Shown: positions 10,011 through 21,304 of the stretch, in pieces | Layout: each line of letters starts with the position of its first letter | Position numbering within the stretch: the stretch's first letter is position 1 | Assembly: GCA_050013255.1 (NCBI GenBank) | Contig: JBEKFP010000001.1 | Span: 192,001-256,000, forward strand | Reading direction: 5' to 3' | DNA from: Candidatus Bathyarchaeia archaeon | Lineage (GTDB): Archaea > Thermoproteota > Bathyarchaeia > 40CM-2-53-6 | Length of the DNA: 64,000 bases | Translations under genes and position numbers: made by a program | Notes under the pieces: model-generated | The model's database searches: none | What the model was told of the DNA's origin: nothing | The model's input: the letters and a program-made list of their open reading frames with translations, nothing else

Positions 10011-11027
10011 TTAGGGGTAAGGACGTGGCTTCGGTGGAGCAATATCTTCGTCAGGTATTATGCCAACTACTCTGTCGTTTGTTGATATTGGAAGCGGGCT
10101 TCTTCTGAAGCATACGTATCCATCGACGGGTGATTCTAAGGTCTCCAGGACATCCCCGAACAGACTTCGGATTTCTGCGACTTTGTCTCCCTTCTTTATC
10201 TTCGTCCCTAGCGGAGGAACATAGCAGATGCCCCCTCGTGTCGCGTAGAGAAGCCATCTTCGCCGTGTCCTCGGTTTCCTGGTGGGTAACGGTGGACCTT
10301 CAATCATATTCAGTTTCTTCATGATGTTGATGATGCCATTATTGATGAACATCACCGCTTCTTCACTCACTCTGCCAAAACCACCAGCCTCGACAGCAAT
10401 AGATGGTATCCCTATCTTGGCGGCTGCGTCGATGCTTCCGCCTCCATTTGACGTTGCATGCACATACTGGAAGTCACAATCGAAGGATGCCGCTAGCAAC
10501 TCTTGAGCGAGTTTGTCGTTTCTAACATCACCAGATTGCGCCACTACAACATGAGACGTGAGTTCTTCATTGAGATCTCCGCCGTGACAATCAACATAGT
10601 AGTCTGCTTTCGACACGATGTTCGTGAAGGCTGCCGCGATCTGGTAACTCATCGTGCCCTCTGGGTTTCCTGGAAATATGCGGTTGAGGTTTATGCAATC
10701 TATTGGGTTTTGGAATGGTGTGCTGTGGCCGCCTTGGGGACCGCGCGTTTCGAAACCAGCCATGTTCAACACAGGAATAACAATCAACTTTCCGGCTAGC
10801 CTAGACGGATCTGTCTGACTGATTACTCGAATCACAGCCTCGATACTCGAATACTCGGAACCATGCACCCCGCCACTAATGCATAGAACTGGGCCAAGCT
10901 TCGCGCCATTGATTATGGCCACTGGGATTTGCACGATCCCAACCGCCGTCTCGCCCACATTCAGATATCCGGTCTTCTTCTCGCCCATTTGCGCTTCAAG
11001 ATTACCAATCTTGACAACATCAACCAT
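10011..11027 (-). CDS. succinylglutamate desuccinylase/aspartoacylase family (M14, DoeB-like) deacylase
   Basis: GGVHGSE, NLNRIFPG, DCHGGD, VEAGG. Confidence 0.9.
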   Translation of the reverse strand: MVDVVKIGNLEAQMGEKKTGYLNVGETAVGIVQIPVAIINGAKLGPVLCISGGVHGSEYSSIEAVIRVISQTDPSRLAGKLIVIPVLNMAGFETRGPQGGHSTPFQNPIDCINLNRIFPGNPEGTMSYQIAAAFTNIVSKADYYVDCHGGDLNEELTSHVVVAQSGDVRNDKLAQELLAASFDCDFQYVHATSNGGGSIDAAAKIGIPSIAVEAGGFGRVSEEAVMFINNGIINIMKKLNMIEGPPLPTRKPRTRRRWLLYATRGGICYVPPLGTKIKKGDKVAEIRSLFGDVLETLESPVDGYVCFRRSPLPISTNDRVVGIIPDEDIAPPKPRPYP

Positions 11028-11218
11028 TTTGTGACAACTCTGGAATTACAGAATTATCCTTCGGAACTCGAAGGATCCTCAGTGCGTAAATGGTTGTTGT
11101 CCTTACTATTGAGAATTCTGTTTCAACCGATTGGGACGTATGTTCTCAAGAGTATATGTGGTATATATACAAATCTCAAATATCTAGTCAGTCAACTGAA
11201 CGAAAACGAAGATTAGCT

Positions 11219-13006
11219 ATGTCTTACCTTAAAAATAAAAGAAATATCGCGCTTGCAGTGCTAGTGCTAGCAATACTAGCGGGCTCATACCTGTACATAG
11301 CGTCAGGACCAGCACCATCAACGACAGGAGGAATGTCTACAGAGAATAGTCAACAACTCGAGTTCCAGAAGACTCTCACCTATGTCCAGTTTAGGGACCC
11401 GAACGTCTTGGGCTTTGCTTTGGCGCCGCTACCTGCCAATAGGATGGTCATCAAAGAAACATACGAGACCCTGGTAAGATACGAGGGTGATAGTCTTGAT
11501 TTCAAACCCGACTTGGCAACATCATGGGAGATGTCACCAGATGGCAGAGTGTACACGTTCCACCTACGGCAAGGCGTCAAGTTCTACCCGAGCGGTGACC
11601 CTTTCAATGCACAAGCAGTGAAGGCCAGCCTTGACTACGGCTTCACGGGTCCTGTTACATCGGTCTATAATTTCGGAGGCAAGAATTTGGTACAATACAA
11701 TAGAACTGAGATTATGGACGATTATACCGTCAGAGTATACATGAACCAACCGCTCGCGTGGTTCATGCGAATAATGGCATACGCCTCAGTCAGCGCAATT
11801 CAAAACCCGAATTTCATCGCGGCGCATGGCGGATGGCCGACCTCGGTAACCACTATCGATTCATATCTGATAGACCATCAAGACACAACGGCTGCGTACA
11901 TTGTTGACGAGTTTAAGCCAGGTGATCATGTGACATTGAAGCGAAACCCCACCTACTGGATGGGATGGAATGGGACCCTTGCTAACCGCCCGGAAAGAGT
12001 TGTAATACGGGTTATTCAGGAGCCGGCCACAAGAATGTTGCTGTTAGGACGAATGGATGCTGATATGGCCTTCATCGATACTCAATATCTGCCCGAATTG
12101 AAGAATCGCATACAGAGTGAGAACCTCCCGTTAGTCATCGATGAGTCTCCCGGTCTTACGCAAGTCAACATAGTCTTCGACCAAAAGAACGCTCCTACAA
12201 ACGATGTGCACATCAGGAAGATGCTTGACTATTCCTTCGACTACGACTCGTACATAGCGAATGTACTACACGGCTTCGGCAATCGTCTCTACAGCTTCGT
12301 GCCACAAGGAACATGGGGCTATCAACCAAATGTCCCTCACTATGACTTTGACTTAACAAAGGCTAAAGCAGAACTTGACTTGGCCGCGCCCGAAAACCAA
12401 GCCATGGTGAAGAACCAGATCAAAGTAACCTACACGCCAGGATATGGGGTTGGCAAGGAAGGCTATCTCATGTGGAAGACGGACTTGGCGAAAATAGGTG
12501 TAAACCTGGTTCTCGACGAAATATCGTACCCCGCGTATGACACCGTCGTACAGCGAGGCGGAGTGCCCATTCTTGATCGAAAATGGTCTCCGGACTTCCC
12601 CGACCCTGCAACATACTACGTCATCTTGGGATACGACTTTTATGTCGCTCCAGCTTTCGGAACTACTCCCCAATCAATCGTCGATCTGCTGTACAAAGCA
12701 GCACTGGAAACCAATCAGGATCAACGCCTTCAGATGTATGCACAAGTGGAACAATGGGCCTACGACACAGCCCCATACGTCAAGGTAGCCTCCTTAGTTG
12801 GCGGAGACGATTACAATGTTAGAGGCAGTTGGGTAAAAGGCTACACGCACTTCCCGATGTACGACCACAAGCCCTACTTCTACGAGCTATGGAAGGAACT
12901 ACCAACAACGAGCGCGACATCAAGTATCGTGAGAGAAGGACTCCTGCAAATTCCTTCAGTCAACAAGACGCCGCGGCGTCTTGTTTTCCCCTTTTTTTCG
13001 CCCTGA
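11219..13006 (+). CDS. ABC transporter substrate-binding protein, family 5 (Dpp/Opp)
   Basis: N-terminal TM anchor, YETLV, PDLATSWEMSPDGRVYTFHLRQGVKF, WSPDFPDP; ATG 11219 preferred. Confidence 0.9.
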   Translation: MSYLKNKRNIALAVLVLAILAGSYLYIASGPAPSTTGGMSTENSQQLEFQKTLTYVQFRDPNVLGFALAPLPANRMVIKETYETLVRYEGDSLDFKPDLATSWEMSPDGRVYTFHLRQGVKFYPSGDPFNAQAVKASLDYGFTGPVTSVYNFGGKNLVQYNRTEIMDDYTVRVYMNQPLAWFMRIMAYASVSAIQNPNFIAAHGGWPTSVTTIDSYLIDHQDTTAAYIVDEFKPGDHVTLKRNPTYWMGWNGTLANRPERVVIRVIQEPATRMLLLGRMDADMAFIDTQYLPELKNRIQSENLPLVIDESPGLTQVNIVFDQKNAPTNDVHIRKMLDYSFDYDSYIANVLHGFGNRLYSFVPQGTWGYQPNVPHYDFDLTKAKAELDLAAPENQAMVKNQIKVTYTPGYGVGKEGYLMWKTDLAKIGVNLVLDEISYPAYDTVVQRGGVPILDRKWSPDFPDPATYYVILGYDFYVAPAFGTTPQSIVDLLYKAALETNQDQRLQMYAQVEQWAYDTAPYVKVASLVGGDDYNVRGSWVKGYTHFPMYDHKPYFYELWKELPTTSATSSIVREGLLQIPSVNKTPRRLVFPFFSP

Positions 13007-13215
13007 TAACTCTCACGTTGCTCTCGCTACGATGTTGAATAAAGATGGACTTACTTCATTGAGCGTCTTGGTCTCAGCTTCTAACACAGTACTGATTATG
13101 TAGATAATGTCTTGAGCGTATCAAGTCCACGTCATTGATAATGCCGACTGACTTGCCGCCGCAGGTAATTATTTACCACAAATCACCTGCTCGTCGATAA
13201 GCGGGCCAGCACACC

Positions 13216-14172
13216 TTACTCATACATTATGCAATCTACGAAATGATCTGGGTTGGTCTCTATGAAGTTTGGTTCTCGCTTGGGGCACTCCGGACGGACG
13301 ACCGGGCATCTGGTACGGAATCTGCATCCCGACGGTGGGTTAATTGGGCTTGGGACATCGGTTCCTTTGATGGCGGCAGCCTGCTGGCGTATATCAGGAT
13401 CAGGAAGCAAGATCGAGGACAATAATGCTTGTGTGTATGGATGAAGAGGCTTGTTGAATACTTCACTTGTTGGACCATGCTCTACAATTCTGCCCAAGTA
13501 CATTACACCGATTCTGTCGCTCATGTGCCTGACTACGCTCAAGTCATGTGAGATGAACAAATACGTAAGGTTCATGTCAGTCTGCAAAGCTTTGAGCAGT
13601 TCAAGGATCTGAGCCTGAACTGAGACGTCCAGTGCAGATGTGGGTTCGTCGAGCACAATAAAGTGTGGTTGCAATGCGAGGGCGCGGGCAATTCCGATCC
13701 TTTGTCGTTGTCCTCCACTGAACTCGTGGGGGAGCCTATACAGGTGTTGCTTGCTGAGGCCAACTCTCTCGATAAGCTCTGATACCCTCTTGGTCACATC
13801 GTCTCCTTTCGCGACTTTGTAGATTTCGAGAGGTTCACCGACTATCCCAAGCACATTTTGGTGAGGATCAAGCGAGCCAAAAGGGTCTTGAAACACAATT
13901 TGCATTTTTGACCGAGCATTCTGCATCTGTTTTTCGTCCAGTGCAAGTAGATTCAATCCGTCAAAGATTATTTCACCGCTCGTTGGTTCAATCAGTCGGA
14001 TAAGCGCTTTTCCAAGCGTCGTTTTGCCACAACCAGATTCTCCAACGAGGCCAAAAGTTTCTCCCTTCTTTATGGCGAGGTCAACTCTGTCGACCGCTTT
14101 GTTAAATGCAATGGTCTTCGGAATGAACCCTGCTCTGACAGGGAAGTACTTAACGAGGTTCTTGCATTCCAC
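13216..14172 (-). CDS. peptide ABC transporter ATPase (DppF/OppF)
   Basis: [29 protein letters not shown]-terminal Cys cluster. Confidence 0.92.
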   Translation of the reverse strand: MECKNLVKYFPVRAGFIPKTIAFNKAVDRVDLAIKKGETFGLVGESGCGKTTLGKALIRLIEPTSGEIIFDGLNLLALDEKQMQNARSKMQIVFQDPFGSLDPHQNVLGIVGEPLEIYKVAKGDDVTKRVSELIERVGLSKQHLYRLPHEFSGGQRQRIGIARALALQPHFIVLDEPTSALDVSVQAQILELLKALQTDMNLTYLFISHDLSVVRHMSDRIGVMYLGRIVEHGPTSEVFNKPLHPYTQALLSSILLPDPDIRQQAAAIKGTDVPSPINPPSGCRFRTRCPVVRPECPKREPNFIETNPDHFVDCIMYE

Positions 14173-14180
14173 TAGAGTTT

Positions 14181-15176
14181 CTATGTGTCATCACTCACAT
14201 TTGGCTGATCCCATTTCATTGCGAAGCATTTTACTTGGTGATTAGGTTCAATTTCCTCGAGTCCGGGTTCCTTTTGGCTACACTCAGGTCTAGCGATTGG
14301 GCATCTGGGGTGAAATCTACATCCTGACGGAGGATCAATCAGGTTTGGAACCGATCCGAAAATCGGAGTAAGTTTGCCATCTTGCTTTCTGGCTTTAGGT
14401 ATTGCATTTATCAGAGCTATAGTGTACGGATGCATTGGTTTCTTGAACAAGGTACGTACGCCTGCGACTTCAACGATTTGACCCGCATACATTACGGCGA
14501 CCGTATCGCATGTGTGCGCCACCACCCCAAGATTGTGTGTTATCATCAACATGGATGCACCTAGGTTCTGCTGGAGTTCTTTGATCAACCTTAGTATCTC
14601 GGCCTGAACGGTCGCATCAAGGTACGTCGTGGGCTCGTCACAAATCAGCAGGTCCGGCTTAAGGGATAGAGCCATCGCTATCAGTACACGTTGTGCCATG
14701 CCTCCGCTGAGTTGGTGCGGGTATTGACTGATGATCTTTTGTGGATCGGGGATCCTTACCTTACGGAAGCATTCCACGGTTTGCGAAGCAGCGTCTTCCT
14801 GAGATACCTTCTGATGCTGGATTAGCACAAGTTCGAGTTGTTCCCCGACCGTAAAGGTGGGATTTAGCGCGGCCATGGGCTCTTGGAAGATCATCGATAT
14901 CTTGGCACCCCTAATGCGTCTCATTTCTGCCTCGCTCTTATCAAGTAGGTTTTCTCCTTCGAAAATCACCTCTCCTTTGTCAATCTTCCCCGGGGGCTGA
15001 ATCAACCTCAGAATTGAGTACGCAGTTACAGATTTGCCGCATCCAGTTTCCCCAACCAGTGCCATTGATTCCCTCTTTTCTATGTCGAAGCTAACGTTGT
15101 CCACCGCGTGTACCACTCCGTCATACGTGTAGAAGTTAGTATGTAGGTTGCGGACGCTGAGGAGTTGGTCTATCAA
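14181..15176 (-). CDS. peptide ABC transporter ATPase (DppD/OppD)
   Basis: [32 protein letters not shown]. Confidence 0.92.
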   Translation of the reverse strand: MIDQLLSVRNLHTNFYTYDGVVHAVDNVSFDIEKRESMALVGETGCGKSVTAYSILRLIQPPGKIDKGEVIFEGENLLDKSEAEMRRIRGAKISMIFQEPMAALNPTFTVGEQLELVLIQHQKVSQEDAASQTVECFRKVRIPDPQKIISQYPHQLSGGMAQRVLIAMALSLKPDLLICDEPTTYLDATVQAEILRLIKELQQNLGASMLMITHNLGVVAHTCDTVAVMYAGQIVEVAGVRTLFKKPMHPYTIALINAIPKARKQDGKLTPIFGSVPNLIDPPSGCRFHPRCPIARPECSQKEPGLEEIEPNHQVKCFAMKWDQPNVSDDT

Positions 15177-15503
15177 CTTTCTTTAAACTCGCTCTGGCTC
15201 GATAACATGAATCTCAAAGCAATCGAGTATCTCGTTCCGCAAAATTGCGCTATTTCCTGCTGGAACATCTTCCTCTGAATTCTCCCTGTCTGAATTTCGC
15301 TCTAGAAGAGATTCTAGAGCTATCCACCGTTGTTTCCTCGAGAGTGAAAAGCTCTGGGCCAATCTTCCCCTGGCCCATAAAAAACCATTCTCACAACATT
15401 CAGTGGCGAAAAGAATTGGCTGGTTTTATGGGCGTAAGAGCAACAAAAGCTCTTGTTTGGGATGCTGCCAACGCGCCGGAAAAAAGACTCGAGAGTGAAC
15501 TAG

Positions 15504-16532
15504 GTGGAGTTCAGGACCTACGTCCTACGACGAGTTATACTGCTTTTCTTCATACTTCTTGGAGTCTCGATACTTGTCTTCGTACTTGCGGTCATGGTTC
15601 CAAGTGATCCTGCATATCTCTGGTCAGGCTCGCAGGTGCCTAATGAGCAGGAACTAGAACAGATTAGAGAGCAGTATCATCTCAGAGACCCATGGTATGT
15701 TCAGTATTTGTGGTATCTTTGGAGAATTCTGCATGGAGATCTCGGAACATCTCCGGTAAGGAGAGTTCCGGTTGCAACAGAGTTAATGACGTACCTTCCC
15801 CCTTCGGTAGAGTTGGGAACCTTCGCACTTCTCCTGAGCATTGCTATAGGACTTCCAATAGGCATCATTTCCGCTACTCGAAAGGATACCGCCTGGGATC
15901 ATGCGGGTAGGCTACTCGCTTTGGGGCAGGTGTCATTACCTGCCTTCTGGATTGGTCTGATATTCCAGCTTGTCTTCTACTACAATCTTCGGCTGGTTGC
16001 CGATCCTGGCGGATTTGTCAGTGATGCGGTTCTGTCCGCTCATCCCTTAACTAGAATAACCGGTTTCATGACGATCGACAGCCTTCTGACTGGTAACTGG
16101 GCCGTGCTGGCTAGTGCACTGCAACACCTGGTGCTGCCTGGCCTCGTAATGTCCTTCTATTCTACAGCCTTGATAGCACGAATATCGAGAGCAAGCATGA
16201 TGGAAGCAATGAATCAGGACTATATCCGGACTGCTAGAGCATTTGGCCTTTCCGAAAGAGTAGTCATCTACAAGCTGGCACTAAAGAATGCCCTGATTCC
16301 AACAACGACAGCTATCGGACTGGCGGTGGGGTGGCTTTTGACGGGTTCTGTGGTTGTCGAAACGATTTTCTACTGGCCTGGAATTGGCAGATTTGCAGTT
16401 GACTCGATTCAGAATTTCGATTTTCCTGGGCTCATTGGTTTCGTGCTGTTGGCTGGATTAATTTATGGAGTTGCCAACGTGATTGTGGATGTTGTCTACG
16501 GCTTTCTAGATCCGAGGATAAGACAAGGGTGA
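15504..16532 (+). CDS. peptide ABC transporter permease (DppB/OppB)
   Basis: GDLGTS, DYIRTARAFG, ETIFYWPGIG, LDPRI. Confidence 0.92.
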   Translation: MEFRTYVLRRVILLFFILLGVSILVFVLAVMVPSDPAYLWSGSQVPNEQELEQIREQYHLRDPWYVQYLWYLWRILHGDLGTSPVRRVPVATELMTYLPPSVELGTFALLLSIAIGLPIGIISATRKDTAWDHAGRLLALGQVSLPAFWIGLIFQLVFYYNLRLVADPGGFVSDAVLSAHPLTRITGFMTIDSLLTGNWAVLASALQHLVLPGLVMSFYSTALIARISRASMMEAMNQDYIRTARAFGLSERVVIYKLALKNALIPTTTAIGLAVGWLLTGSVVVETIFYWPGIGRFAVDSIQNFDFPGLIGFVLLAGLIYGVANVIVDVVYGFLDPRIRQG

Positions 16533-16535
16533 CCA

Positions 16536-17450
16536 GTGACGACGCAGCAAAAGAGGAGTGAGATCAGAAGTTGGAACAGAAAGCATGAATCGCAAGTAAG
16601 GGAAATCAAATACAGCTTCCACTTGATTAAGCGAAGCCCTCTGTCCTTGCTAGGTCTTGCAATGATTGTCGCGATTGTCTTTATCTCGGTGTTTGCGCCA
16701 GTGCTGGCTCCTTACGATCCTTTGCAAGTTGACTTTAGTCAGGCTTTTCGACCACCGAGTTGGCAACATCCGTTTGGAACTGACGATCTTGGGTTGGACG
16801 TCTATAGCAGAGTACTCTATGCCGGATTATATGACCTGTCCATTGGCGTCATCGTTTTTGCAGTCGCAGCAACGGTCGGGTCAATGGTCGGCGTGCTAGC
16901 CGGATACAAAGGAGGTAAGACAGATGAACTTATGATGCGGGTCGCCGACATTTTTCTTTCAATCCCAGGGCTAGTTCTCGCGATGGCTGCTTCTGCGGCT
17001 TTTGGCACAAGGTCACTGCAGGTTCTCGTATTTGCGATCGCACTCAATCGTTGGCCATCGTATTCCAGGTTCGTTAGAGGTCAGACGCTCTCAATTAGGG
17101 AATCTCAATTCATTGAAGCTGCCCGATCGGTAGGGGCAAAAGGAAGAAGAATAATGCTCCGCCACATCCTGCCCAACGTAATATCGCCCATAATTGTAAA
17201 CGGCACGCTAGACATCGGAAACATCATATTGACCGTCGCAACCTTGAGTTTTGTCGGGTTAGGAGCACCACCAGGCAGCCCTGAATGGGGTCGAATGGTG
17301 ACCGACGGACGTATCTATATGCAGGCAGCTCCGTGGATTATGATTTTTCCGGGGCTTACTATATTCATTGCTGTCATGGGTTACAATCTTTTAGGCGACG
17401 GCCTCAGAGACATTCTTGATCCAAGGGTCCGCGCACGAATGGGAGCGTAG
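16536..17450 (+). CDS. peptide ABC transporter permease (DppC/OppC)
   Basis: HPFGTDDLG, EAARSVG, RHILPN, PEWG, GDGLRDILDPR. Confidence 0.92.
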   Translation: MTTQQKRSEIRSWNRKHESQVREIKYSFHLIKRSPLSLLGLAMIVAIVFISVFAPVLAPYDPLQVDFSQAFRPPSWQHPFGTDDLGLDVYSRVLYAGLYDLSIGVIVFAVAATVGSMVGVLAGYKGGKTDELMMRVADIFLSIPGLVLAMAASAAFGTRSLQVLVFAIALNRWPSYSRFVRGQTLSIRESQFIEAARSVGAKGRRIMLRHILPNVISPIIVNGTLDIGNIILTVATLSFVGLGAPPGSPEWGRMVTDGRIYMQAAPWIMIFPGLTIFIAVMGYNLLGDGLRDILDPRVRARMGA

Positions 17451-17552
17451 TTAGCAAATGATTTCCGTCTTTTCAAGATGAACCATAATTTGATATATCA
17501 TCCGAGGAAAGCCTCAGAATTGAGTGAATTTCCAAATTACTGAGGGTTCAGT

Positions 17553-18341
17553 ATGAGAGACAATGTCAAGATAGGCCTGATTCAAGATCAAGCAGGAATA
17601 GGCGAAACCGAAGTCAACTTGCAAAAGATTGCCAAGGCCGCAGATGATGCACGCAAGGAGGATGTGGACATAATTAGCTTCGGCGAAGGCTTTGTTCAGG
17701 GCTTCGTCTGCACGGATCAAACCAAACGTCTAGCTCAACCCATCCCAGGGCATGCAACCGAAAGACTCACGACCATCAGCAAGGATACTGGTTGCAGTAT
17801 CGTTACTGGTCTGTTGGAGAACGCGGATGGGATACTACATATCTCTACCGTATTCGTCGAGAGAAATGGAGCTTTACACGTTTATCGCAAGAGCTTTCTC
17901 GACAAACTTGAGAAGCCATTTTTCCAAAGAGGCACAAAAAGAATCGTTGTTGATACGGATTTTGGGAAGATTGGCTTAATGACATGCTATGACGCGTTCT
18001 TCCCAGAAGTCTCTAGGGAACTTGGAGAAAAGGGTGCCGAAATAGTGTTCTGCAATGCCGCAACCGCCATAAGCGAAAAAGAGTTCTCAATTTTCCTTCC
18101 TGCACGAGCAGCTGAGAACCAATTCTATGTTGCCTTCACAAATCTCGTCGGTTGGAGAGAGCAAATACGTGCACCATACTTCGGGGGAAGCCGAATTATC
18201 GGCCCTGATGGCACAACCATAATAACTGCGGAGAGGTTCATCGCGGATGCGGTCTATGCGACGATCTCCGACAAATTCTTACGTGATGCCCGCGAACGCA
18301 AACCACTACTAACTGAAGTTCGCGAGCAATATAAATCGTGA
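17553..18341 (+). CDS. carbon-nitrogen hydrolase (nitrilase superfamily)
   Basis: Glu-Lys-Cys triad: FGE, YRK, TCYDAFFPE; ARAAENQ. Confidence 0.9.
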   Translation: MRDNVKIGLIQDQAGIGETEVNLQKIAKAADDARKEDVDIISFGEGFVQGFVCTDQTKRLAQPIPGHATERLTTISKDTGCSIVTGLLENADGILHISTVFVERNGALHVYRKSFLDKLEKPFFQRGTKRIVVDTDFGKIGLMTCYDAFFPEVSRELGEKGAEIVFCNAATAISEKEFSIFLPARAAENQFYVAFTNLVGWREQIRAPYFGGSRIIGPDGTTIITAERFIADAVYATISDKFLRDARERKPLLTEVREQYKS

Positions 18342-18514
18342 TAGGTACAGGGATCGTAGACTTCGTCATTGCTGAAAGTAGTGCGGTGAGTTTCACCGAA
18401 GTAACAAGTGCAGGAATCCTCGATAATCAATAACGTTTCAAGTTGCCTTACCCAACCTTCTAATGAATTCCAGTAGTTCTATGTCTTCTTAGGCGGCACT
18501 TTCTCTGCCGGACG

Positions 18515-19450
18515 CTAAATCACTTTTCCAAAACCTAACGACACCTGTCCCTCTGTTGAGTCGCTGATGAAAGCATGTGGCGTGGCACAAGTGTTTCTGG
18601 CCATGCCGACGTTCCCTTGCCGGTCTAACACGATACCTGCTAAAAGTACATCTTCCCTCGACTCGAGACTGTTGAGGACATCTCCGATAGCACGCTCAAT
18701 CGCGACTTGAGGATGCTCGCCTCTTTCAACACGGTCGTGGATTCTTCTCGCTAGCACATGTTTCACGATTACTTCTCCATGACCCGTCAAAGATACTCCA
18801 CAGACTTTATTGTTGGCATAGGTAGAACAGTTGAGGATTGGGACATCTCCCACTCTACCTGGAAGTTTCATAGGGAATCCGCCGCTTGATGTGGCAGCAG
18901 CAATGTCTCCGTTCTCGCTTAGAGCAACAGCGCCGACAGTGTCCGCCAGCGCATACTTGGAAATTTTCGACCAGTACTTCGTCAAGCTGACATGCTCGTT
19001 GTTCCTCAGTTTGTCTCTAAGCCCAGTCCATTCCTCGCGTCTTTCTCTCGTTAAAGGTTCATAATCTGGGAATCCGAAAGACCGTGCAAACTTCGTGGCG
19101 CCTTGTCCAGCCAACAAGATATGGTCCGTCTCCTCCATCACTTTCCTAGCCACTAATACAGGATTCTTTACCCTCGATATGCAAGCTACTGCTCCAACCG
19201 AAACTTCCCTTCCATCAACTATTATTGCATCCATTTCGATCTCGCCGGCAAGATTCGGACAAGATCCCGTGCCTGCATTGAAGATAGGATTATCCTCCAT
19301 TACCCTGATTGCTTCAATCACTCCATCTAAAGCCGACCCACCCATTTTCAAAATCCCGAATCCCGTCAGAGCTGCCTCCTTTACACCATCGTTGAACTGC
19401 GAATTTAACGGATTGATGGCGCCACCGTGAACAACAATCGCGATTGTCAT
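18515..19450 (-). CDS. isoaspartyl peptidase/L-asparaginase (Ntn hydrolase, IaaA-like)
   Basis: VHGGA, FNAGTGS, EMDA, D-TVGAVA autoproteolysis site, GRVGD, TGHGE. Confidence 0.92.
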   Translation of the reverse strand: MTIAIVVHGGAINPLNSQFNDGVKEAALTGFGILKMGGSALDGVIEAIRVMEDNPIFNAGTGSCPNLAGEIEMDAIIVDGREVSVGAVACISRVKNPVLVARKVMEETDHILLAGQGATKFARSFGFPDYEPLTRERREEWTGLRDKLRNNEHVSLTKYWSKISKYALADTVGAVALSENGDIAAATSSGGFPMKLPGRVGDVPILNCSTYANNKVCGVSLTGHGEVIVKHVLARRIHDRVERGEHPQVAIERAIGDVLNSLESREDVLLAGIVLDRQGNVGMARNTCATPHAFISDSTEGQVSLGFGKVI

Positions 19451-19589
19451 CTTCGCCTCACATGCGAATAAGCTCTAGCCGTAAACCGAAGAGAAATCTA
19501 TTATGGCTTGTGGCTTTTCTGGTTTTCCTTCTGGGCAGTGTTCCGAATCTAGTGGTATGGCTGGCAGAGAAGGGGGGAGGTTGCATGTT

Positions 19590-19724
<135 letters not shown>

Positions 19725-19808
19725 GAGGCAAGCATCAATACGGAAGCAAATAGATTAGAGTATCTTAACCTCAGGACGTTTGAACTATGAGTCGGGGCAA
19801 CCCAAAGT

Positions 19809-20258
19809 TCACCTGTGCCTTCTGTAGTCCCTTTCAAGTGCGGTAGCGTACTTGTCCCAAATTCTGTGGATGTCACTGAGGTATTCTGATTTTCCCGGGT
19901 AATTTCGAATCTTCCAATACTCCACAAACGCCATGTCCAACCTGGTTTTCCGAGTCCCTAGGCTTGTTAGGCGATACTCACCGATCGTGTCGTCTTCGGC
20001 TCCTCTCGAGTCAAGGTACCAAGCCTTCGGCGGTTTCATGGTGACAATGTTCACCGCGTTCATCGTCTTGCCACCGCTCTTGTAACGAATAGTGTAAATC
20101 ACCCTCTCCTTGGTTTTCTCTAAGATCGACCTCTTGTTCTTCGAACCAGTGATTCTAGGATCGTTCTCACGGTAGTCCGTGCACCATTTGAACGCAAAAG
20201 AAAGGGGCGCATTGAGCACCTTGGAAACATGATACGTTCGAACAGTAGGCTTGGTCAC
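19809..20258 (-). CDS. hypothetical protein, possible SRPBCC/START fold
   Basis: N-terminal strand plus APLSFAF helix and amphipathic C-terminal helix. Confidence 0.55.
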   Translation of the reverse strand: MTKPTVRTYHVSKVLNAPLSFAFKWCTDYRENDPRITGSKNKRSILEKTKERVIYTIRYKSGGKTMNAVNIVTMKPPKAWYLDSRGAEDDTIGEYRLTSLGTRKTRLDMAFVEYWKIRNYPGKSEYLSDIHRIWDKYATALERDYRRHR

Positions 20259-20340
20259 AGTCAGATTCTACTCCGCTGGCCCGCGTCATGCGAATCGCCT
20301 TCATATAGGTTAGTAATCCTCGCGGACAAGTTCTGGTCGC

Positions 20341-21108
20341 CTATGCGATCACGAGGAAGAAAAACAATAGCACTATGATAATTCTGTAGATTCCAAACGG
20401 CGTGAAGCTGTGTTTCCTTATGAAATTTAGGAACAGCTTAATCACGACTAGGGCAACAAGGAAGGAGGTCACAAATCCGACCACGAGTAGATTGACTTCT
20501 CCTGGCGAGAAGGCGTTGTATGAGTTTAGGAGGTCGAATCCTGAAGCTGCAATCATCGTCGGAACAGCAAGCAAGAAGGAGAAGAGAGCAATCGTCTGCC
20601 GCTTCATGCCCAAGACCAGCCCTCCAGTAATCGTTGCTGTTGACCTCGAGACACCGGGAATCACTGAAACCGTCTGAAAGAGCCCAATCAGTAGGCAATG
20701 CCTGTAGGGCATCCTCGCAATCTCATCAATATGCGTCCTCTCTTTGTAACGCCATTCGAACAAGATGATGAATATTCCCCCAAAAAGTAGAGCCCACAAA
20801 ACAATCTGCACATTTCCGAACAACACGTCCTTGAAGAATCGGTAGATGAGGAGCCCAACGATCCCCGTCGGAATGAAAGCCACTACTAGACGTTTGAGAA
20901 TCTCTATGTTCAGGAATAATCTCCAGTACAACGCGACAACCGCTAGAATTGAACCGAACTCCAGTACCAACTCGAAACTCTTCACAAACGGCGTCTGCGC
21001 TACGTGGAGAAGTACGGCCGCCATGATCGTGTGACCCGTTGAGGAAACTGGCAGGAACTCTGTAATCCCTTCAACAACAGCCAATATGATAGCGGTCAGG
21101 TAATCCAT
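20341..21108 (-). CDS. uppP: undecaprenyl-diphosphate phosphatase (BacA family)
   Basis: VEGITEFLPVSSTGH and IPGVSRS signatures. Confidence 0.92.
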   Translation of the reverse strand: MDYLTAIILAVVEGITEFLPVSSTGHTIMAAVLLHVAQTPFVKSFELVLEFGSILAVVALYWRLFLNIEILKRLVVAFIPTGIVGLLIYRFFKDVLFGNVQIVLWALLFGGIFIILFEWRYKERTHIDEIARMPYRHCLLIGLFQTVSVIPGVSRSTATITGGLVLGMKRQTIALFSFLLAVPTMIAASGFDLLNSYNAFSPGEVNLLVVGFVTSFLVALVVIKLFLNFIRKHSFTPFGIYRIIIVLLFFFLVIA

Positions 21109-21304
21109 TCCCAGTGCACCTCAGCAAAACGGTATTACCAATTCCCAATTCTTCGGGTTCGGGCGGTTTCTCGTCTAACAGTAGATTAGGATTCCGGTTA
21201 CAGCATTTAGTTGACAAAATCAGAGCCGAGCTTGGAATTCGATGAGAAAACTTCGAAGGAACCCTTAATTTCAACGGCCTTTTCCACAAACTCCGATCGA
21301 AACA

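Noticed and set aside
13075-13180. CBS-like fragment GKSVGIINDVDLIR on the minus strand
   Set aside because: Too short and lacks a start; at most an old pseudogene trace.
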